DNA of 64,000 nt from the NCBI GenBank assembly GCA_052426225.1, contig JBNJNM010000021.1, forward strand, positions 3,348,001-3,412,000, given 5' to 3'. The translations under genes and the position numbers were made by a program. This stretch comes from Zancudomyces culisetae HAW-14-8 (Eukaryota > Fungi > Kickxellomycota). This document shows, piece after piece, positions 35,762 through 49,700 of this stretch. Under the pieces are notes generated by a model. The model ran no database searches, was not told where the DNA came from, and saw only the letters and a program-made list of their open reading frames with translations. Position 1 is the first letter of the stretch; every line of letters begins with the position of its first letter.

Positions 35762-37960
35762 TTTAATTTTGTTTGATTTTCTTTGATTTGATTTGGGTTG
35801 CTCTGATGTATTTGCTTTTTTCCTGGTGGAATGTTTTTGTGTATTTTAAATTATGTGGAGAAAACCATACCCTTATATACTTTTGAGCGAGGTGATATTC
35901 TGATAGTTTACATTGTTTTCACACTAATGTATGGTATAACGAACTCAAATTCTAATAATTTGTATAAACTGTAATATAAAAGTAAAACTCTATTGAAAGA
36001 AGTCCAGTTTATTAAAATTGCAGTCTAGAGTAGTAGCAATATCACAAAGATACCTTTGAACACTTCTATTTTTTGCAATAATACTGCATTCTCGGTCACT
36101 TTTTACTTCTAGTTTATTTGAATAAACCCATCCATAAGTTCAAAAAGTATTTTTTGTTGTTGTTATATGCTATCTTTAGCTGAGCTACACTACTCTAGAC
36201 ATTATGCTAAATTAAAACCATGATGACTGAATGAAAAATCATCAATCGATTTTTTGTACTGGCTAAACACTATCTGGACTTCAAAAAAACCACAAAGTAA
36301 GGAAAACTCCGGTTATAGAATGAGAGTAGTAGTTAATACTCTGGCTCTTTTCCGTTTGGTGGAATCTACTCTTTATAATATAATTTTCAATGTTTTATTC
36401 ATTTTATTATAGCTAGTCTAGAAAGGTGAATTTGTAGATCATTTTTTGTATTAACTTTAAAAAATAAGATAACCTAGCCAGTTTATTTATTAAAAGTCCA
36501 GAGTTACCCTATAAGCAACAGAATGAAATAAGAAGATTTTCGAGAAAATGGAACTAGTACTTCGGTATTCATTTTGGTGGGGTTTCATTTCTACCGCAAT
36601 ATCATTTACTTTGCTATTGTTGGAGACTATAATTCTACTAAAAAAAGAAAGAAAAATAAAAAAAATTAGAAGAGCCGAGATTCGGTTACGTTTAAATGAG
36701 TGCTTTTGAATACTTTGGAGGGGGCAGGGTGCGTGAGAGAGCCTTGGCACTAAGTTGGTTTTTTGTTTAATTAACACTCTTTCATTACGATTATAAACTT
36801 TATTATACTTGATAAATTACATGATGAAGTAGTACTGTTTCTATACCCACTTTTATTTATCCTTGTTTAGTGCTAGTACCAAAAGTATAATTTTTTGTGT
36901 CTATGCATTGTGGTTAAAACAAGTAGAAATAAACACAGAAAACCTAGAAGTTAGAATAGTGCCAAAGAAAGATAGGAAAACAGTCATTGCTCAGATCTAA
37001 CTAGCCAATTCAGTAAATATATTCTTGCCAAGTTTATACTGGATGAGTGTAAAAATAACCTGCTTTCAATGGTAATGAAACGTTGATGAACTCAACCAAC
37101 TACAAAAAACTAAAAAACATACGCCAAAAATTCAGATACATTGAACAAGAAGGATTAGTTACCTAAAATCCAGTAAAAGAAGCGGTCATATATAGATATT
37201 ATACAAAAAGAAATAAGAAATACGTGGATGTGGTTTACAAAATAATTTGAATATTCGTTTTAATAGTAGATGGAGATGATAAGATTGAGAATATACCTCT
37301 GAGTAATATCAATAGTATGTGTGTAATTTTATTAGTTATTAATCGAACCTTCAAAGCTAAAAGTTTTATTTTTATTTAAAACGCTGTCGAATTTCACTTT
37401 TATTAATATCGTTTTTTTTCTTGGCACTTGGTACACTTGAACTTCTGCAAAAGAGATATTTTGCCAAGTACTGAACTTAAAATGTTTATTTAATCTAATT
37501 GATAATGTTCATAAGTAAAACTAGAAAACTAGGCTAAACTAAACATTTTTGTAAAGTCTGTCGTTCTATGTTGGTTTAATCTGTTTTTTATATAGTTTTT
37601 GGATGAAACGGCCATTTTATAACCAAATTATAAATGTAGGAAAAGAATGTATATTTTATGGATGTATTTGTTTATTATCGAAAAATATGAGTCATGTGGA
37701 GACCCAAGGTTTCATTTAATAAATATCCATAACAGATATTATAAATAAGTTCACAATAAATAAGATGAATAAAAACAAAATATGGAGTCTTGAATGAGAC
37801 ATATCATTGATAGACTCAATAAAATAATTGTAAAAAACCAACTGTCAACTTCAAGATTGCCATTGGGATCACATGTCACGACCAGAAAAAAGCCATAGGA
37901 GCCCGAAGTGTAACATGGTTTGGTCACTTTAATCCTGACAGTAAAAGAATATTTATACAG

Positions 37961-38507
37961 ATCTGGGTACACGGAGCAGGAGAGAAACAAGGTTTACAAA
38001 GGGTACTAAAAACAAGACCATGAAGTGTAAACCGGCAAATATCAATGAGATGGTCGGTCAGGCAAAAGAGATTGGAAGCCAACCTATACAAGATCCAGGC
38101 AGTGTTGGCACAGCTCATCAATTCAGTCGATGCCATGGTATATGGAATTAGCCAGTAGGATTTATTTACATTTTATTTGCGATTATTTTAGCGTGCAACA
38201 AATTAATGTCAACATCATATCTTTTAATCTAGTTTACCTAGCACGAATACCTATTAGGTAAATTCTATCATAACAGAATAAAGATTCCGACACACCAATT
38301 TATTATGAAAATTTTCACAATTGAAAATTGTGTTGTTGTGGTTTATTTAGTTCCGACTTTGTCAGCGACTTACCATGCAAACATGCATTCCATCAAAGTT
38401 GTGTGGATTGGTATCTAAATAATGTATCCAAAATGTGTCCAGTTTGCAAGATAGATTTAAAATATGAGGCAAACATGGTAGTAAACCTACAGCATCCAAA
38501 GGTTTAG
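37961..38507 (+). pseudogene. Degenerate RING-H2 E3 ligase gene; 3' exons only, 5' structure uncertain
   Basis: Introns 38138-38232 and 38258-38350 join RCHVYLARIPISSDFVSDLPCKHAFHQSCVDWYLNNVSKMCPVCK. The second zinc-ligand Cys is Tyr (TAC, 38235). No clean upstream frame found. Confidence 0.6.
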
Positions 38508-38868
38508 AAAGTATGTGCTGTCTTTTCTTTTATTTAACTTTGCACGTTTAATACTCCAGAAAACCAGAATCTGAAACCGTTTGATTTTTTTGACTTTTGA
38601 ATCTTTTAGGAATGTAGTTGATTGTTTATATATATTTATATATATGTAGGTTAGATAAATAGGGTTCATGTGTTATTTAGAATTAGAAATACACTACAAT
38701 AGTAGTAAAAATTATGTGATGTAACAAAAAGGTTTTTCCGAAAAAAATATATATAATGTTACACATCTAAAAAGGGAGATAAAAAGATGCAACTCTGGTA
38801 CAATATACATTGAGTCGTCTTTTACTGCCAGTATCGAAATAAGACAATGCTAGATTGTGAATTCTGAG

Positions 38869-39992
38869 CTAGTGTGCTTTTTTTAAAAAAATCAAGCCAA
38901 ACCACGAACTATCTTTGTCCAGCAAGTTACTTAACCGTTCTAATGTCGCCTAAGTATCACAATAAACGGTGCACACCAAAAATTTATTTAAGATACTATA
39001 GGAAATGAATTGAGGAGAACAAAGTATATATGCTTACCTCCCCGCCTCTGTTAATTTATCGATATCACAAGAATCGGTAAAGTAAGAGGCTTCAGTTTCA
39101 TTGAGTACTTCTAAAGGTGAAATTTTTAAAACAGACGAATCACCACTATCTGTGTTCAAGTCGCCTTCTCCTATTGAAGAATCGTTTGTTTTATGAACTA
39201 AGGATTCCATCCCATACTCATAATTATACTCAATACCTGAATCTTTTTGGACTTGACAAAAATCATCATTTGGAGCACAAGTATCTGAAAATGCTTGGTT
39301 ATTCTGGTAATCCAAAAGGTCTTGGGGATCGGAAAAAAATGGTGGAAGAAGGGATATTGCTTTGCATAAAGAAGTGTAGAGCTCATCAACTATTATCGGT
39401 ATTCATTATTTTAGCAATCGAAAGCTCAAACTGTACTTTTCTGCTACTCTGTAAAAAAAAATTAAAATCGACTGACATAAAAAGTGGACTTACGCTTGTT
39501 CAAATCCTGGTGAAAAATAAACAATTCAGAAAATTGAATTTCCTCCTCGAGATTTTGTTCCCAGGAATCATCCGCACTCTCGTTCTCATTTTATGAGCCA
39601 TTTAGACTTTCGACATTTATGTTTTATCTGCTGCCTGAAAGGTGGGAATCCTCTTGAGAAGCATTGTTAACAACAGAGGATGGGAATGAGAGCTCTAGTT
39701 GTAAACAGATGCAATCACCTAAATTATTTTCGTTCTCGAAATCTACTTTATCCTGTTTTAATGATTTTGCGTACAAAGCAATAGAGTCGTAGGCAATGTT
39801 AAATTCAGAGTTTTGAGCATCTGATAAAATAACTAGGTGTGTTGCTGTTATATATACAGAAAGCGGTTCCTTGGCAATTGTAAACGCTGGTCTTATTCGT
39901 ACATCACTTAATGAATGCCTGGGCATGTCGCTTTCATTACTTAGGCTACCTGCTATGAATTCCGGACTATTGTTTAGAATCGTGAATGACAT
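38869..39992 (-). pseudogene. pICln/Lot5-like (methylosome subunit) gene with disrupted frame
   Basis: PH-like N-terminus (VYITATHLVIL...IAYDSIALYA...CICLQLE), LDELYTSLCKAISLLP and LTEAG/ATLERLSNLL. In-frame TAA at 39626-39624 and 39593-39591. The last junction (intron 39037-38950) is 1 nt out of phase. Confidence 0.65.
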
Positions 39993-42267
39993 TTTTCCTT
40001 TCAGTTTTTCACGTTTTGCAGTATTTCTTGCACCAAACTTGAATATTTGACAAGTTGATAATTCGGGGATAAAATAGTTGAACTGAGTGAGTATTTGATG
40101 AGGAAAGCGCTAAGCACAATTAAAAATGGTTGATGGAACCTTTCTAGCTTTGATAGCTCACTTTTAAATTAAACAAAATTAAGCAAGGAATCCCACTAGC
40201 TTTGCCAAATCTCGATAAAATAACGAATCAAAGTTTATTTAAATTAGTTAGACTGCTTTTCATTTTTCCAAGAAAAAATAATTAAGGCTAACAACTCTGA
40301 GAAACGGCGAGTATAGGTTAGTGCTCTTAATCTCGACAGCTTTTACTAGATTTTAAATATGCACTTTAGGTAATACGAGCAACTTTTTGTCTGCTTGGTT
40401 GACAGCTTTAGCATTTATTGAAAGAAGCACCAAAGATATATACCACGTTGTTAACATTTGGTTTTTATAATAAACTCCAATCTAATTAGTGATAGCAAAT
40501 AGGGTAAAATGGTTTGATAAATTAATTCTTAATATTTTGTTTATATGCTTTAGCTTTGATAATAGGAATCTAGAACTAAATAAAAACTATGAAATTAGAA
40601 AAGATTAGTTAATGAAATATTATTTAGCATGTTTGAAACTGAGCTACAAACGAATCAGTTGTGTTATTCATATTCGACCTGTGATGATTTTTGAGACTAG
40701 CCCTTTTTCTTTGTAGTTTATTTTTTACAATCGATTATTGCATATTTTGGAAAGGCGTTTTGCCAATCTGTGTATCGTTCACTTCTCAGTTTCGACTTAG
40801 GTTATGAAAATTTTGACATTCTCTCAACCCTTTGTGACGCCTTTTTTATTATTTCTTGCAAAAAAATAACTTGTAGATGATTCTAACAAATCACAAAACC
40901 ATTTTTGGTCTCATTAAATCCGGCTCTAAATCCTTTTAATTTTACAATCTATCTAATAAATGTTTTTTGATAATTACTAGACTTTATATCACACCATTCT
41001 TTTATAAAAAAAAGCTAAAGATATTAAAACCTGATAATAATAACTATTTTTTCAATAGTAGAGACCTCGTCGGTCTCAGCAGCCTTTAAACGACATGAAT
41101 TATCAGCTAGAATGAAAATTCTGAAACATGAGCTGTCAAGCTTCAGCTGTGCCACAAGGGTAATGGAACCTGTCCAAAACGATTGATGAACTGATAAATT
41201 ATAATTAAATTCACAATGTAGCTTTTTCAGAACTACTGTTTCAATTATCCTAATTTAGGTGGTAAGCAGCAAGTTGAAAAACCAAGAGTACAAAAGTTTT
41301 TAGATTGTTCTTTTTTAAACTTTATTAGCCAATTTTGATTTGTAGGTTATTTACAGGGGGGAGAGCAAGAAAAATTATGGAAGCTATATTGCTTAGTCTT
41401 TATTTGGTAAATTAACTGTAATCATTTACCTCCTACTTTACTTGCCCTTTTTCTTGGAGGAAAAATGATAATAATTTATACAATTATCCTAAACAGGAAT
41501 AAAATTATCTAATTTAAAAAATTCAAGTAATTTTTGGATTTCGAACACCATAAATAATTACTATCTTTTAACATCACATTACATGCCAGTTTATATGAAT
41601 TAATTTTTCACATTTTCACATATTTTTCTCGTAAATATGATTAAATCATGGGATTTACTACTTGATATCACCTTTACATTCGGATCTGTAGAAATTGGTA
41701 TAACAAAAAATTAGTAGTAGGTAACTTTACAATAACGACAATTATATAATGTAGTAATGTTAAATATATATTACTTGATAAAATATTACTAGATTTAATT
41801 AAATACAGGGAATTTTGGAAATGAAATTTTTTTTCATATGTTCTTAATTTTACTTTTCTTGATTAGTGGTGATAATTAACTAAAAACATAATTTAATGAG
41901 GTATTAGCTAATGTATAAAAAAAATAAAGCAAGTTAGAATCTAAACAGATTAAAGATTATATACTATAACCCCCCTTAAGCTGCCATTTGAAGGAATGGG
42001 GAAAGGGAATACATCAGCAAATTCCATTTGAGTAGCTGATTTAAACGAACCGCTGATGATACTAGTAAATAGAAAAAATCAAATTTAAGTAAAGTAAAAA
42101 ATAGTATAAAAGCAATATAATAAGGAAATTATCAAGTTTACATTTCCAATAAAAGGTATCCTACTATCTCTAGGCTTCAAACAAGGGACATTCTTTTAAA
42201 TTTAATAAATTATTTTTTTTTTAAAAAACTTTCTAGTAGGTATATAGACAACAGCAATCAAAGAGGA

Positions 42268-43947
42268 ATGGAAATATCAGTTCTGGGGTTGAGTTTCTAC
42301 GTACACGACTATATTCTGAGTGTATTATTTTCAATACAGTTTGTTGACGACCTTGTGTTGTTTGTAACTGAGAGCGAATACAGACACATACTGGCAAATC
42401 TTATTTACATACCATTATTGGCATCCAATATAAAATGGCTATTAAAATACATCGTCTCGGATCAATGGCTACAAGAAATACTGGTTTTTATTAAGAACGT
42501 GGTTTTACTTTATTTATGTTGTTACCAAATATCGGGAAAAATTCGGAAAACAGTAAAGGAACTAGCTGTGCCCTATGGTTTAAAAAAGGTAAAATGCATG
42601 GAGGCTGGTATTAGCCGTAATTCTTCTAAGGAATACAAAGGCGAACGTAAGGTTTATGGGAAGCACATGAACCAAAGTCTGTGTATAGTTAATTCGGAGC
42701 AAGGAAGAAGTATTTTGATTGGTGGAAGGTTTTCGTCAGAATATGTAAAGCATCCAGAGACGATATTCAATAAAAATCGGGCTTTCCTAAAAAATCACCA
42801 CAAATAAACAATATTAGCCAGAGGAATGCACGTTAATGACATTCTATACAGCAGATACTTGTTACATTTTCTGTCATATGTTGATTTGAAGGAATCGATG
42901 GAAGCAATCCAACCGACCCTGGAACAAGTAATCAGGAGAGAGATTATATCCTCTGGAAGCATGTATAATGGAAATGAGGTAGTGGTTAACAACTTGTATG
43001 AGACAGTAAAAAGTATGGTTAGATTTGCTATAATATTTAGATTTTTAGGCCCATATGCAATAAGAGACAGAAATTTGGTTGAAAGTTTGAAAAAAGTGAC
43101 GAAGCCGACCAGGCTTGGAAACGTAAATAATCAAGAGTTTTTTTCAACACTATTTACTGCGGGGTATTTGGGCAATAACTACTTTTATGAGTATTTTGAA
43201 CTTGAGTCGAGCCGCAGAAAATACCTTCCCGAATATAGTAAACCAACTGATATAATACAATTTTTTACAGACAATTTTAGCATTTTCCAAGCGGAGCTAA
43301 CGAGTGTAGCGTATTGTATACAGACAATTGTAGCGGTTGGTGTGGAGGTGGCATCAAGGCGGATATTCAACCTATTAGTAGAACTTAGTTTAAGGCCTGA
43401 CGTCTACAAAGAGTTGCTGCAGGAACAAAATGAGCTTATTGAAAAGAATGGTGATAAAAACCATATTCCATTTGAAATGTTGGACGAAATGGTGTACTTG
43501 GATGCGTTCATTAAAGAAACGATCAGGCTTTCGGGATCGGATCCATTCATGCCCCGTTGTACGACTCAGGAAGTAGTGATGTCTAATGGCGTGAGTATTT
43601 CTAAACATCAATATGTGAGTTTTAACATTCAGGGACATAATAGGGATCCCGAAATATTTGGACCAAATGCGAATGAATTCGACTACAAGCGACACATTCG
43701 TCTTGGGCTGAAACTAACAGATGCTTCGTTGGCTAATTTAATGTGGGGTGCTGGAAATCGGGTCTGTCTAGCAAGAATATATGCAGCTGCGCTTATGAAG
43801 CTGATGTTGGCGATGATAATTAGAAAATACGAGGTGCATGCCAATTACTCTATTAAAAGAAATGAACACGGACAACCCGCATTCTCTCACTATACATCCC
43901 TTAGCGATTTTTGCATAAACAAGGGGTTGTACTTTAAGATTTGTTAA
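42268..43947 (+). pseudogene. Cytochrome P450 interrupted by one in-frame TAA (42805-42807)
   Basis: The two listed ORFs share a frame. N-terminal TM segments, ExxR (KETIR) and heme motif WGAGNRVCLA. The nearest GT..AG pair (42745-42817) does not restore the frame. Confidence 0.8.
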
Positions 43948-46280
43948 TAATTTAGAGTATTACATATTGTTTTGTTGCTTTGGTCAATAGTTAATTAAAT
44001 AAAGTGAAGATAATAATGTTTATAAACGTTCCAAAAAATAAAAGCAATACATAAAAGAGAAAAGTTGAAACATAACATTAGCATTATACCCTTGATTAGG
44101 TTTTGATAATACACAGTATTGCTATAGTATTTGACAAAAAACACTCTTGATGTGCCTGAGGGTTTACTTTAGCTAAACACTAATGTATATAGTCGAGTCA
44201 AATGAAAACCTATTATTTTTTATGCGAACATCCAAATATCAATATTCTCATAAATACTCATTATAGCTTAATCAAATTATTATCAGTAACTCAGGAATCA
44301 AAAATCAATATATATACGGCTTAAGATTATTTTATTTAGTTAGGCTAATTTTTTATAAAACTGTATTTTTTTGTCTGTCATTTCATACATCATATGAATA
44401 AAGATTCTAAAGTTTAATTCGTTTATTATCGATTTGTTGTTCTATCTATTTAAACGAGTATCTAGATAGAAATATTCTATATATAATAAGGAATGTAGAC
44501 GTATAATTGTACTGGTTGTTTGTATAAATATCAAAGATATTTCTATTTAGAGCATTAAAACTCACTAATCTAGTATTAATAGTTAAATTTTATAAATGAA
44601 AATAACATCAATGCACACTTACAGATCTAAAAGTTTAAAATTAAAGTTCTAATCATATGTTGGTTGTAAACTTAGTAATGAGTAAAATATAGTTTGCAAA
44701 TAGTTATTTTCCAAATACATAAAATGCATTTCTCAAATCTTACTAATTTCTTTTGTGGTTTGACATACAAACACTCGTTTAATCTACTCTGATTACTTTT
44801 ATGATTAATTAAAGATGTTTTTTGAAATAAACTGGTATAAATATAAATATTCAATTGTTTACTGTTTATTCCTTATGAGATATAAAACAGAAAAATATAG
44901 TAGATAGATTACTGAATTCAAATTTAGCTATCACTCAACAAGAAATAATTATTTTTCACTTACTTGGCGGTATGAGAGTGTGAGAAATAAATCTAGTATA
45001 ATATGAAAAAGCTATAGAATAGAACATTTCATTAATTATTTTTTAACTATAATCATAAAATTAGTAAACTATCCTTTCAGTGTTAACACGACATAAACGA
45101 TAGGTGGATTGAGTAAACATTTAACTTTGGCTATTCCGAACAGTTTTTGATAGTCACACCAATCATCTTAATAATCGGATGTACCAATCAAGTATAAACT
45201 TTAGTTTCTATAAAACATGAAAAACCATATTATGAAAACAAATTAAAATATAGAATCATTTTGAAATGCACCAGCGTATTCGTATCTCCAACTTTTAATT
45301 TTTCTTACTAACCATAGTTACAAACTTTTATAAGTTCTTTTTTGAAAAACTGTGCACAACTATAGGTTTTATAGACAAATCACATACAAAAAGCAGTAAA
45401 TTATAAAAGTTGCTATTGTGACTAGATCATGTTCCGTTGATCCTCTTTACTTTAGAACTCAAAAGAATAAAAATTGAATATTTTCCTGCAAACTCAGCAA
45501 TTGCGATAGCCAAAAATTATACAAAGCAGATAATATTAACACATAGGTTTAATTAAACTTTCCTGTTAAGACATGTACACTGTTTGGCTGCCACACAGTC
45601 TAGGACGGTGATCTACTATTTAAAATTGATCTACATTTTCATACCACTAGGAACAATGAAATCCTAGTTATACCATTTATATTCCTCAGCGTATAAATTT
45701 TTAATGCCAAACCAATAGAATTTTAGCCTATTTTTGAGCTACTATTACTACAAGTTCAGAAATGTAACTCCTCATTAAAATATCCTAATATCTCTCATTC
45801 TCGACTTGGCCAAGAAATTTCAAATTGGATTAACGAAATTGTTCACCTTGAGATGTTAGTATTTAGTGGAATTTTATAGCACTGGTTCAGGGGCTATTTC
45901 AACTATTTTACTGGACTTTTTATTAATACTGTACTTTTATTATTGATTTTTCAGTCTCATCTTTAGATCTAGTATTTTTTGCTTATTCATAATTAAATTA
46001 ATTATTAGAGTAAACAAACGTATTTCTTAAATATTGAAATATGAATACTAGATTCTCAGGCTCGCTCAGATTTATGTCCTTACTTTAGCTATTTTTCATG
46101 TAAAACAGTATGTTTTTAATCAAGTAATTTAAATAAGATTTTTACGACGACCGGTTTGTGTATAGTTTCAAAAAAGTATAAATAGCGATAATACTGCTTA
46201 AAGTTTAAATCCATAATAAATAAACAAGACAAGACCAAAATAACCGCAAAGTTCATTCCTGAAAAAGAAAACCTCTAAAA

Positions 46281-46685
46281 ATGCGCGTTTCAAGTTATAC
46301 ATTGGCCATCCAGCTTCTGTCAGCTACTCAAACCCTGCTAGTATCAGGTCATTGCCATCATCACCATCATCACCATCATGGGTCCTCTCGACCAACCTTA
46401 TACGTTAAAGTATTCTCAGGCTACCGCTTTTCAGGAGATGTAATAAACGACTTCCAGATGAGAAAACACAAGTGTTATAACATTGAGCAGGACACCTCAG
46501 CGCAATTTCTTAATCCCACGGATAGGTCAGGAGGAATGTTAGTATGCAGAGAAAACGACTGTAGAGGTGTGTGTACAGTAAATACCAGGTTTTTACAAAC
46601 TGGTATGTGGAATTTCCCAGAAGATCTCAAGTCTGGTCCACTTTCAATTAAATGGGTGTCAATGGGTACTGCCCCCAACGAGTGA
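46281..46685 (+). CDS. Small secreted Cys-rich protein, crystallin-like family member C, with a His8 tract
   Basis: Signal peptide, HCHHHHHHHH, full family motif. AAAAAG-TATAAATA at 46171-46184. Confidence 0.85.
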   Translation: MRVSSYTLAIQLLSATQTLLVSGHCHHHHHHHHGSSRPTLYVKVFSGYRFSGDVINDFQMRKHKCYNIEQDTSAQFLNPTDRSGGMLVCRENDCRGVCTVNTRFLQTGMWNFPEDLKSGPLSIKWVSMGTAPNE

Positions 46686-47288
46686 TCTTTAATACACCTT
46701 TTAACTAATAATAAATCACCTTAGAGTCAAGTTTAGTAGACGGTAATATCATTTTTCTAGCCTTAAAAAGCTGAGATTAATTAAAGTATCCAATCTTTGC
46801 ATAAATAAATTACAATATTCTACTTTAAAGCGAAACCAAAATGATCCATAACTTTTAGTATTTACGTATATTTTAGTTGATAGTATAATTTAATGTCACA
46901 ACAAGTACACAAATATTAAAAAGATAGTAGGTAAAAAATTTCTTAAAACATAATATGAAAAGTCTGTTTCCACAAGTCTAGAGACAGCATACTCACTGGT
47001 AATTGATCAGATGATGTATTTTCTGCCTTAGGTAGATCAAAGGCAATTACCTTAATAAACTATGTGTACTTTACCAATGGTAATATTACTAATTTAATAA
47101 ACGGAATAAATTGAATACTGGTAATTTAATTGCTATCTAGTAGTTAATTCTGAATTTATAATCGATTCATGCAGCTATATATGTATCTTCATGTATGTTG
47201 TATTATACAATTTATTTAAATAATATATAAAGACCGTTAGAATTAGTTAAAGTAAATACAAATACTAATAAAGTTTTAGACTGGCAAT

Positions 47289-47705
47289 TTAGTAGTAGTA
47301 TCCACCGTAGTATGGGTAGTTGTAACCGTAACCGTAACCGTAACCATACGATGGATATCCGTAGTATCCGCCGTAGTATGGGTATCCATAGTATCCGTAC
47401 CACCAACGGTCATCGGTTCCATTTCCTGCATCACCACCTTCTACTGAAGGATCAACAATTTGAGCAGAATCATCGTCAGCTGGTGCAACTTCCTCCTCCT
47501 CGTCAGCACGCTTGCGGTAGGCTGGAGCGGCAAAGCGGTTGTTAAATGCAGGGCGAGATGGTGGAGCATATCTTCCAAAGTCCTGGACCTGTCCCATTGG
47601 TGGTTGCATAGGTCCGACATTTGCTCTTGGTCTTGGAGCGGATGCAGCATTTACTGATACTGTGGCAACTGCGGCTGTGAGGAGTGCGAGTGTTGACTTT
47701 ACCAT
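47289..47705 (-). CDS. Secreted precursor with a KR site, acidic spacer and Tyr/Gly-rich C-terminus
   Basis: Signal peptide MVKSTLALLTAAVATVSVNA, then YRKR|ADEEEE. The last 38 aa contain 20 Tyr and 11 Gly. TATA on the minus strand at 47856-47862. Confidence 0.85.
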   Translation of the reverse strand: MVKSTLALLTAAVATVSVNAASAPRPRANVGPMQPPMGQVQDFGRYAPPSRPAFNNRFAAPAYRKRADEEEEVAPADDDSAQIVDPSVEGGDAGNGTDDRWWYGYYGYPYYGGYYGYPSYGYGYGYGYNYPYYGGYYY

Positions 47706-48988
47706 TTTTGATATTTAGTTTAAAATGAGCGTTATGTGTAGCTGATTGCTAATGCAATATTTTAATACAAATGATTATGATTATGCTTAAAATTGTCACT
47801 TGAAGAATATTCAATTGTTGATGATTTTTTATTTTGGCAGTGATATCTTGACCCATTTTATACTTTTTCTATTCTCATTTTTAATCTACTTTACTCTTTA
47901 ATCGCAATTCACGGATTTCCTATATTATCTTTAAAGAATTCCAGAATAGTCTAATTTTAGAACCGTAAAGAGTATTGGTAATGAATATAGGGCTAAATTT
48001 GAATGTATGTGTAATTTTAAAGAATCAGGTTAGTAATTTACCATAACCGTAACTCTAATATTTTAAAAAATTGTTATTTTATAGTAAGTGTTAAAGCACA
48101 AAGAGCAAACAATATTAATTTGTGTTCGATAATTGTGTTTACTTGATTTATGGTAAAGTAAAACGCGAGCTTAACAAATACGCTAGAGGTATTTTGTAAT
48201 TCTTACATAACACAAAACAAAGTCTTTATTTTATTTGAATTTGACTTTTGAATAACAAATACCAAAGTATAACCATACCCGTGCTACAACCAGTTATGGA
48301 TTATTGGTAATTTAATTCATCCTAATGATATTTAACCAGAGCAAATAATTATCGATTTAATGGTGATTTAGTGAAAAAAATAAATTGAACTAAAAATAGT
48401 ATTTATAGTCAATCTATTCTTAGAAATTGTTTAAAATTATCTAAACCAAATAGAGTAGACCCGATCCTATTATATCGATAATTTTAATATGTCTTTACTT
48501 TCACCCTTCTTTTTAATAGTGAGAAATAATTGTTGTAGACGGAAAATAATAAAAATACTATTATTAACATAATGTAAATGACCATAAGATCGCCCCTTCC
48601 CAATGATTACAAATTGTCTAAAATAAGTAAAATAGTGAGAATGAAGCAGCGTTTCAAATTTTATCATACTAGGTAAGCATATTTACTTTTTTAGATTGCA
48701 CTAGTGAATCTTGGTGTTCTAATGGCACAAATAAACATTATTATACAGCTAAACAAAATGTATCAAAGTTTGTGTATGGTTTTATTGTTTGGTAGTTTAA
48801 CTTAGATGGAAAATAGAATCTAATTAACATCACATGTTTTCAACATGTTGATTAAAAAATCGAACCAAAAAGACAGCAATAGATAAAAAGAATTTAGTAT
48901 ATTTATCAAGATAAAGAAAAATAAAACATAGCTACAGCACGTTTTTAGAGGGTACAATTTATAAATATTGTATAAATAATGTAAAAAA

Positions 48989-49700
48989 CTATAAGACCTG
49001 TTGAGCGAGAACGGTCTGATACCCGCATGTTGTCAGGCTTCTCATACGCAAAAAGGCTTGATCAGCAAGCTCTTTAAATGGGCCGTGTGACTCTCTGGAA
49101 TCCACCTTCATATTGATGGTTCCAGAGCGATCACTGTCTGATGAATAACGGCCTTCATCCTTGGCCTGCTGGATCCATGCTGTTTTCAGTTTATGCATAA
49201 GACCTGACATTTTGATTGAGATTTTAATATTTAAAGTTTTATAAGTTTAACTAGCCGTAGCACTATTATCTTTTTTTTTTATAACTAAAACCAATACATT
49301 TTACTTTTAAAGTATTCTTTATTTCTTTTCCCTTACTCTTATAAAATTTTGAACTATTAAAAGAGCTAAGAAATCCTCATTGAGGCTTACTTTGTTTATA
49401 TATAACTATTTAAATAAAACTACTATAGCTATATTTATTTAACGTATGTTTCAATATTGATTTACTGTGTTTTTGCCTGTGGTTATGGTGTTTGATTCTT
49501 TTTATGTTCTGTTTGTTTTTATATCAAACAATCGATATACTATTTAATAAAAAATATTTTTATTTGTATTTCAATTTTATTATTTTTCTGTGACTATTCG
49601 ATCTGTATTTCATTGATAACTGTTATCATAATTTTTAAAATTTTTTTTGTTGAATATTAGTTTATTGAAATACTGTTAATTAAAATATTTATTTGTTTTA
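48989..49700 (-). repeat. Copy 1 of a dispersed element end (AT-rich leader plus truncated ORF MSGLM...KDEGRYSSDSDRSG)
   Basis: Homologous to 58300-59010 at the peptide level and in the leader (gaactattaaaagagctaag versus aaactactaaaagagctaaag). Confidence 0.7.

Noticed and set aside
39591-42807. Genome-wide TAA reassignment to an amino acid
   Set aside because: TAA terminates intact genes in this window at the expected positions (ALDH, F-box, 30270, Tc1 transposase), so global recoding is unlikely.
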